DNA from: Paramecium tetraurelia | Lineage: Eukaryota | Reading direction: 5' to 3' | DNA: 64,000 nucleotides | NCBI GenBank assembly: GCA_000165425.1 | Contig: CT868007.1 | Coordinates: 186,001 to 250,000, forward strand | Part shown: piece by piece, positions 56,409 to 64,000 of the stretch | Numbering within the stretch: position 1 is the stretch's first letter | How the letters are laid out: every line of letters starts with the position of its first letter | The notes under the pieces: generated by a model | Databases searched by the model: none | Seen by the model: only the letters and a program-made list of their open reading frames with translations | Told to the model about the DNA's origin: nothing | Position numbers and translations under genes: made by a program

Positions 56409-57070
56409 TCAAGAGTCGAATTTTCTTTTCTAGTACGGTCTTCGTTATTTAAATGCCACTCTTTTGTCCTGTTCTGCTTTCTTCACAGAGTTTTCATTTT
56501 CCAAATTCGTCTTGATAAATGATTCCAATGTCCCTTTCCTGATATTGAGATTTTGTGCTGGCAAAATCACAAATTTTTCTTAGGTCTTTAAGTATAAGGG
56601 AAAGTGCGCAGTTTGATATGGCATATCAAAATCTTTTAAGTTACTTCTTGCAGCATTCATAGTCTAAAAATCATCTTTAAAATCATTACGTTCTAAAACT
56701 CTTTGAATTGATCCTTGAGTTACTTCCTTTAGTTCATTATTTTTTCATTTATTCTGGATGCCTACTCCATGCAGGATTTAACAGTTTCCTCGTCTTCCGC
56801 AGTTTTAGGTGGGTTTGCTTAAGAAATCTACTTACTTGAAGGAGATTCCTAACGCTAATGTGAATCATTTTCTTCTGACTTACGAACATAATTTACTAGA
56901 AAACATCAAATAACACTTTTAAGTATACCTTCATCATCTTGCACTTTCTCATAAACATCATCATGTGATTCCTAATAAGGCTGTTGACTTGACTTATCAC
57001 TAGTGTAATTACTAGTGTAATCATGGATGATATCATCCTATACATCGCTCTCCTCGCTTTAACTAGACAT
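56409..57070 (-). CDS. Hypothetical protein with acidic N-terminus
   Basis: ATG 57070 (MSSQSEESDV), short introns, ends RRPYQKRKFDS* at 56409. Confidence 0.55.
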
Positions 57071-57179
57071 AAATCTATTTTAATATCAATTTAAAAATTA
57101 TATATAGAAATACACACTTGATTCAAAATGCAAATAAATCTGTACATGTATGTTATAAATAATTGAAAATAATAAGAAT

Positions 57180-57841
57180 TCACTATTTACCTTGCAGCTG
57201 ATTGATCAATCCTTAAATTTTATTATCTTTGATTTATAAAAGTTATTCAAGTTTCTTGACTTTTAATTATAAAATTTCTACAGTTTCCTTCAACTCTGTT
57301 ATAGCTTAATTTTTTTCAGCCAAAATCAATCTTAAATCTTAGTTTTGTAGAGGATCATCCTACATCTACTATTTTTGTTGCGATTATTATTACTATTGTT
57401 TTTATTATTCAAGGGCTCTCCTTTCCAATTCTTTCTATTGTTCTAAATATTTTTCAATCTTAATTTGTAACAACTTTAACACCCTTTCAACAGCTTCAGG
57501 TGAACAAGCAATGACACTATCAATATCATTTTTTGATAACTGAAATCCAAGTTTTTTGAATACCTAATGATTGCACATATAAATATACTTTCAAATTGAG
57601 AGTGCTCCAATTATACTACTTTTATTAAATGCTATGTGCTTGAGGGTAATTATGCTTTTCCACCAATTTTGGGAGATAATGATAAACAACTTCAGCCACC
57701 ATGGCTCCATCAGCAAAATCTCTTTGGATGTTCTTTTTTGGTCTTGAGAGTGGAATTTTATCGAGCTGAAATTAGTTTATTCTTATTTACCCAAGAGTAG
57801 ATATTCTACAATTCTAGTTCAGAAAGCGGAGGTAAATCCAT
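57180..57841 (-). CDS. SPEF1: SPEF1/CLAMP-like calponin-homology ciliary protein
   Basis: IYSWLDKIPLSRPKKNIQRDFADGAMVAEVVYHYLPKLVEKHNY..KQYNWSTLN and a C-terminal coiled coil. Confidence 0.88.
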
Positions 57842-58026
57842 CAAGATGCACAACTTATTTAAGAAAATTTAAATAATCTCAAAAATTATTTTTATTCTCA
57901 CTTAAAGAATTACTTCTAGGTTTACTTTTCAATTATATGAAACAATCGAAATCGGCTCTCCATAGATTTGCTTTATTCTTAATCAAAATATTGCAATTTT
58001 ATAATTTAATTTTATAGTAATAATAA

Positions 58027-59028
58027 ATGCTATTATTATCTTAGCGCTAATCAACTTAATTAGAGGAATTAGAAACCTTAAAGGCATCCATTTTAGGTCA
58101 ATAGTCCTCACGTTCTAGAAATCTTTCAAATGAAAGGCCGCAAACCTATTAGAGATAATTGCAGTTTTCTATTGAAAATCCAAGACATAGAAATAAAGCA
58201 CAATCATTTTCTGTTGAAAAACAGGTAAAGAATGAAAAATATCCTATAAGTTGAATTTAAGTTCGCAAAACCAAAAGGTTGAAAATTTAATTACGACTTG
58301 GTAGCATCAAAAAAATTCATCATCTTTGCATTCGAGTTCAAATGTAAATGCACCTTGTAAGTTAATTAATGATGTGCGTTCAGCCCAGTAATTGGATATC
58401 CAAAACAAGGATTCCAATAAACCTCATATCATCATAGAGGAAGACGTCTTGTTTACTGAAGAAACAGAACCATTTGTTTAAAACAATAAATCCAAGCAGG
58501 TCAAGACTCCTATGCATCTTATTGCTCCTACCAAGAGTTACAAAGATCAATGTATTAAATTTTTAATGAAGAAAGCCAAGAAGTGAAGAAACATAACAAG
58601 GGAAAGAAATAAAATAATTATAATTACCAAAGACCATAAACGACTAAAATCAATGCAGGAACCTATGCGAAATCTTCACCTCTTGTTTTTAAAGAACAGT
58701 CTCTACAGAACCCAATGAAAATATCACAAATTGATTAAACCAAACTCAGTAATTAATAGAATGGAGCAAATAATTAGAACAATAAGAGTAAGCAATATTC
58801 TTCAAAATTAATCAAAAAGAGCAGCATAAGTATCCATGAAGAAAATCAGTAGGAAATTTAATTCATCCCTGAGTTAGTAAGATTAAAAGAGTAGATTTTA
58901 TCAACATACTTAAAATAAAATCGAGCTCTTATAGGTTCTTAAAATTAAATCGTTAAGTATTTGAGTCTAATAAAATTAGAAATTTTGATGAAATTCTCTC
59001 AATTTTAAAGCAGGACTTCCCCAAGTGA
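58027..59028 (+). CDS. Hypothetical Gln/Ser-rich protein
   Basis: Open in ciliate code with short introns to TGA 59026-59028. Alternative in-frame start at 57937. Confidence 0.55.
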
Positions 59029-59488
59029 AAATCTATCTATATAGAATAGCAAATATTAATATTCATCATATTTTAAAGTGTTGGTCTAAAATTATTTAGT
59101 TCTTTTGTTTTTTCTCTTCTCATCATTGAAAGGTATGTCTAACTCCTAAGATAATATTCTCATTTGCTAAGTATGAATGAAGCTCACTACTGCCTTTAGC
59201 CTCAATTAACAATGGACTAAAATAAAACTTTTACAGTTATACGACTGTACTTCAAAATAATTAGAAACATTATTTCTAATATTAGGTTTGTTGTGCATAA
59301 AAAAACTTTATCTTTCTTTCTATGTATATTCCTCAAATGTTGTCCCGTCATTGGTCGAGTTTGAGATTCCCATGATATCTCGTATCATTTATATCTAATA
59401 TAAGTCCTTTAAAGTAGACAATTAATGAAAATACACAAGTATTAAATCGAAAATGACAAATAAAATAACATATTTATAAAATATTATT

Positions 59489-61036
<1,548 letters not shown>

Positions 61037-61109
61037 ATTAAAGTCTGTATAAAGATTAATTAATTCTAATATTTAATACATTTAACAAATATTGACTTTG
61101 TGATTATAT

Positions 61110-61809
61110 TCAACAACAAACACTTCTTTTTTTTTAGTTAGGAATTTCTGTAACTCTTTCATTTTCTCGAATCTTTCCTATTTTGATTCCGTGATTGGGA
61201 TCAAGAGGATCAATCTTATTTGATTTAATATTCTCATAAATTTTCTTAGTTAAAGTTTCAAATATAAATTCTACATTTTCTCCAGTTTTGGCTGAAGTCT
61301 CCTAGAATTCACACCCTAATTGGATTGACAATTGTCTCCCTTCATCATAACTAACTTTTCGATCTTTTAAATCACATTTGTTGCCTACCAAAAAATATTC
61401 AATTTGATTATTGGTGTCTTATTACACATCCTTTACCCATGTTTAAATTCTATCGAATGTTATTCTCCTCGAGATATCATAGACCAAGAAACAACCAATA
61501 GATCTAAACATATAAATAACACTTAAATACCCCCTGTAATATGCCCTAGTTATAGAACGAAAGGACTCTTAGCCTGCCTGAATAGAATTAAATTATACCG
61601 TATCCCACAATTATAACTTGATGAGTTTATCATCATAGATGAATTCTTTAGATCCATATTCTACGCCAATGGTAGTATCATATCCCACTCGGAATCTGCC
61701 TTCTGTATATTGCAATAATAAGCAACTCTTTCCAACAGCTAACCTTAGTAATGCAATTACTTGATTCTCCCACAATAATGAACTTGAATAAATAATGATA
61801 ATTATTCAT
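61110..61809 (-). CDS. Rab GTPase, Rab2-like
   Basis: YLFKFIIVGESTVGKSCLLLQY..TIGVEYG..WDTAGQESFRSITRAYYRG..GNKCD..ETSAK; ends CC*. Three short introns. Confidence 0.92.
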
Positions 61810-61819
61810 TTTTATAATA

Positions 61820-63425
61820 TCACTCAATTTCTAATTTTCTATACAATAGATAATAACCCATTTGCCAATCCCCACCTCCTCTCCATTCCAAAATATGTTC
61901 TATTTTTCCTCTCTGCTGTCTTTTCATCATCATACTAGATCTAATCCTCCCTGAATGATGAACCCATACCATATACTGTCCATAGTCGGCCTCTCTTCCA
62001 GTATGAGCTATAAAATATAATTACTTAGAACTCCAATCAACTAGTAATCTCTTGTATCTAAACCATTCCATGTTTCCAATATAACTAATCATCATGATTC
62101 TTGATATCCACTTGTTATTTTTTCACCTTAAATTACTTGTAAATTTCTCTGGTATCACCATTTTTCCAGATGCCTCTAAATCTTATTTGAAAATATTCCA
62201 ACTAGTGTGTTTCTTTTTTCGTACTCTCTTCCAGCTTGCAACAATTCTTGTAATTCAGAAGCGCAAAAGTCATGTATATCTATTATTTTAAGGAATGCCA
62301 CATTTCACAATATTTTGACCTTCCCTCCTTCCTTGCCTTTACACTCAATTTCCAATTAAATCTAACCATTTAACATAATAAATTAATTGGCTTTTTAATG
62401 TATATACATACATCTTACCAATTTACAATTTTGTTGTGTCTTTTATACGCATGGATTTATTGATCTATCTCAGATGCTTTCTCTAATTATCTTTCCAAAC
62501 TCACTGTAATTCCTTCCAATAAGATATTGACTGGTTTGCTCTGATTATCAATTATATACTTCAACTTTTTCCCTTATCGATGCTGACTTGTCTGGAAGAT
62601 CCTAATTCCCAAGTGTTGATTTCAATTAGATTTAAACAAATCTTTAACAAAGTTATGTTGTTGCCCTTCTTCATTCTCATTTGAAGTCAAAGGCTAGATT
62701 GTTTAATGTATATTATAAAACATTCATCTAGCATCATATCATTTGACTGCCATTTGATTTTCTCTTTAATCTAATTCAAGATATAACTAAAATTGGGTCT
62801 AGAATTAAATTGGAATTTGATTGCGCTTATTAAATTAGAGGTTGAAATGCTTCACCCTTGAGTTCAAGATTTTAGAAGTCATCATTAAATGAATAAAAAA
62901 CTTTATATTTTATCCTATTTTTTGTTATTCTTTGCTCATTCATTAAACAAGTTGACTCCCCTGAAAATTAAATTGAGGCATGCTTATAAAATGCATTTCC
63001 TAATTTGAACAATCATATTTGTAGAACAATCTGAAATTTTTAGAGATTATAGTAGTACCCCTGCATTCTATTTCGATAGTATTTCCTTTTCTTCTGGACT
63101 GAGATCTTCTTCAAATATTGTTTGCCCAATTTCAAATTTAAAAGATGCTCTTATTGTTCACACATGCCCATAATTTATTACCGCTTAGATTAAAATGCCT
63201 AGTAGGCTTTTGAGATTCGATTTCGATAGATCTTAGTTAGCTTTCAAAAGAGATCCCTTTATCATATTCTTTCATTTTTCAATCGGAAACCTGAAAAATT
63301 CTTGAAGGGTCTCCTAGAATTTGAGCATAGTTTCATTCAGATCAATGGGTATGTGTTTAAGGATTTCTGTAGTATACTTGATTTCAAATAATATAATCTT
63401 TTGTTCTTCTATTTGAGCAATTCTT
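61820..63425 (-). pseudogene. USP14: USP14/UBP6 (proteasome-associated deubiquitinase) pseudogene
   Basis: UBL-like N-terminus PIEK*KNMIKGSLLK, TIFEEDL, degraded Cys box LGNAFYKHASIQ, His box LIGVLTHTGREADYGQYMVWV and C-terminal GGGDWQMGYYLLY. Multiple TGA and frameshifts; no start ATG found. Confidence 0.82.
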
Positions 63426-63461
63426 GATTAAATATTATTTTTAAATTAATTTGTTATTAAA

Positions 63462-64000
63462 ATGAATCCAAATACACCTTTCAATGAACGCTTCCATAAG
63501 ATTCAAGAGAAATTGAATTCAATCCCATTACAACATGATCACTCAAAGGCTCATCGTATTGATACGATATGTGGAAGAATTACAGCAGTTGAAGAGAGAA
63601 CTCAAGATACAATTACATCTTACAATAGAAAGCTTGTAAGTTTGATGAAATATGAATCGATTAGCACTCATTAAAAGATGAGATAGTTCGTTTTTAAAAA
63701 CAAATTGAAGAAGAAAACAATGCATTTGAAACTCAATTTGAACAAAGAGTAAGAGAGATTGCAGCATTTGAAAGTCGCATCACAACCAAATTGGAATAGG
63801 AAATAGCATTGAGAAGAGATGGAAATCTAAAATTACAAGGATACTTGGATGAGAAGGTTTCAGATAAATCTTAATATTATAGGTTGTATACTTGAAATCT
63901 GATATCCAGACTGAAGGCAAAATCAGATAAGAATAAATAGAGAACATTACTACATCCTTAGAGAACGATCTACCAAAATTATATGACATGGTGAAAACAG
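63462..64000 (+). CDS. SF-assemblin / striated rootlet (kinetodesmal fibre) protein, truncated by the window end
   Basis: MNPNTPFNERFHKIQEKLNSI followed by segmented coiled coil ..RITTKLEQEIALRRD..SLENDLPKLYDMVK; short introns. Confidence 0.7.

Noticed and set aside
59060..59390. Small minus-strand open frame between the hypothetical gene and CK1
   Set aside because: No clear stop or motif; open frames of this length are common when only TGA terminates.
61820..63425. Many in-frame TGA codons suggesting TGA=Trp/Sec readthrough or a mitochondrial insertion
   Set aside because: USP14 motifs fall in different frames and the catalytic residues are lost, so pseudogene decay explains the pattern better.

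Overview
AT-rich, gene-dense eukaryotic DNA that reads as ciliate macronuclear sequence, most likely Paramecium. TAA/TAG encode Gln, TGA is the only stop, GT..AG introns are about 20-30 nt, and many intergenic gaps are under 100 nt. The supplied ORF track uses the standard code and ignores introns, so I retranslated by eye; gene ends are read directly but intron positions are inferred. About 27 apparently intact genes include a P4-ATPase-like/guanylyl cyclase fusion, RPS15A, Enhancer of polycomb, an LRR-IQ protein, NC2-alpha, four protein kinases (EF-hand kinase, AGC, PKG, CK1), a C2H2 finger, an Sfi1-repeat protein, a CC2D2A/CEP76-like protein, 3R-Myb, eEF1B-gamma, TMEM135-like, a SAPS protein, SPEF1, a Rab2-like GTPase and SF-assemblin. 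Alpha-tubulin carries two apparent +1 insertions. The most novel candidate is a small stand-alone protein resembling the dynein stalk and microtubule-binding domain. Several longer intergenic gaps hold decayed genes: USP14/UBP6 and CDPK are clear, while RAD1-like, Rab-like and E2-like remnants are tentative. I saw no RNA genes, transposons, CRISPR arrays or telomeres. All family calls come from motif recognition, not database searches.
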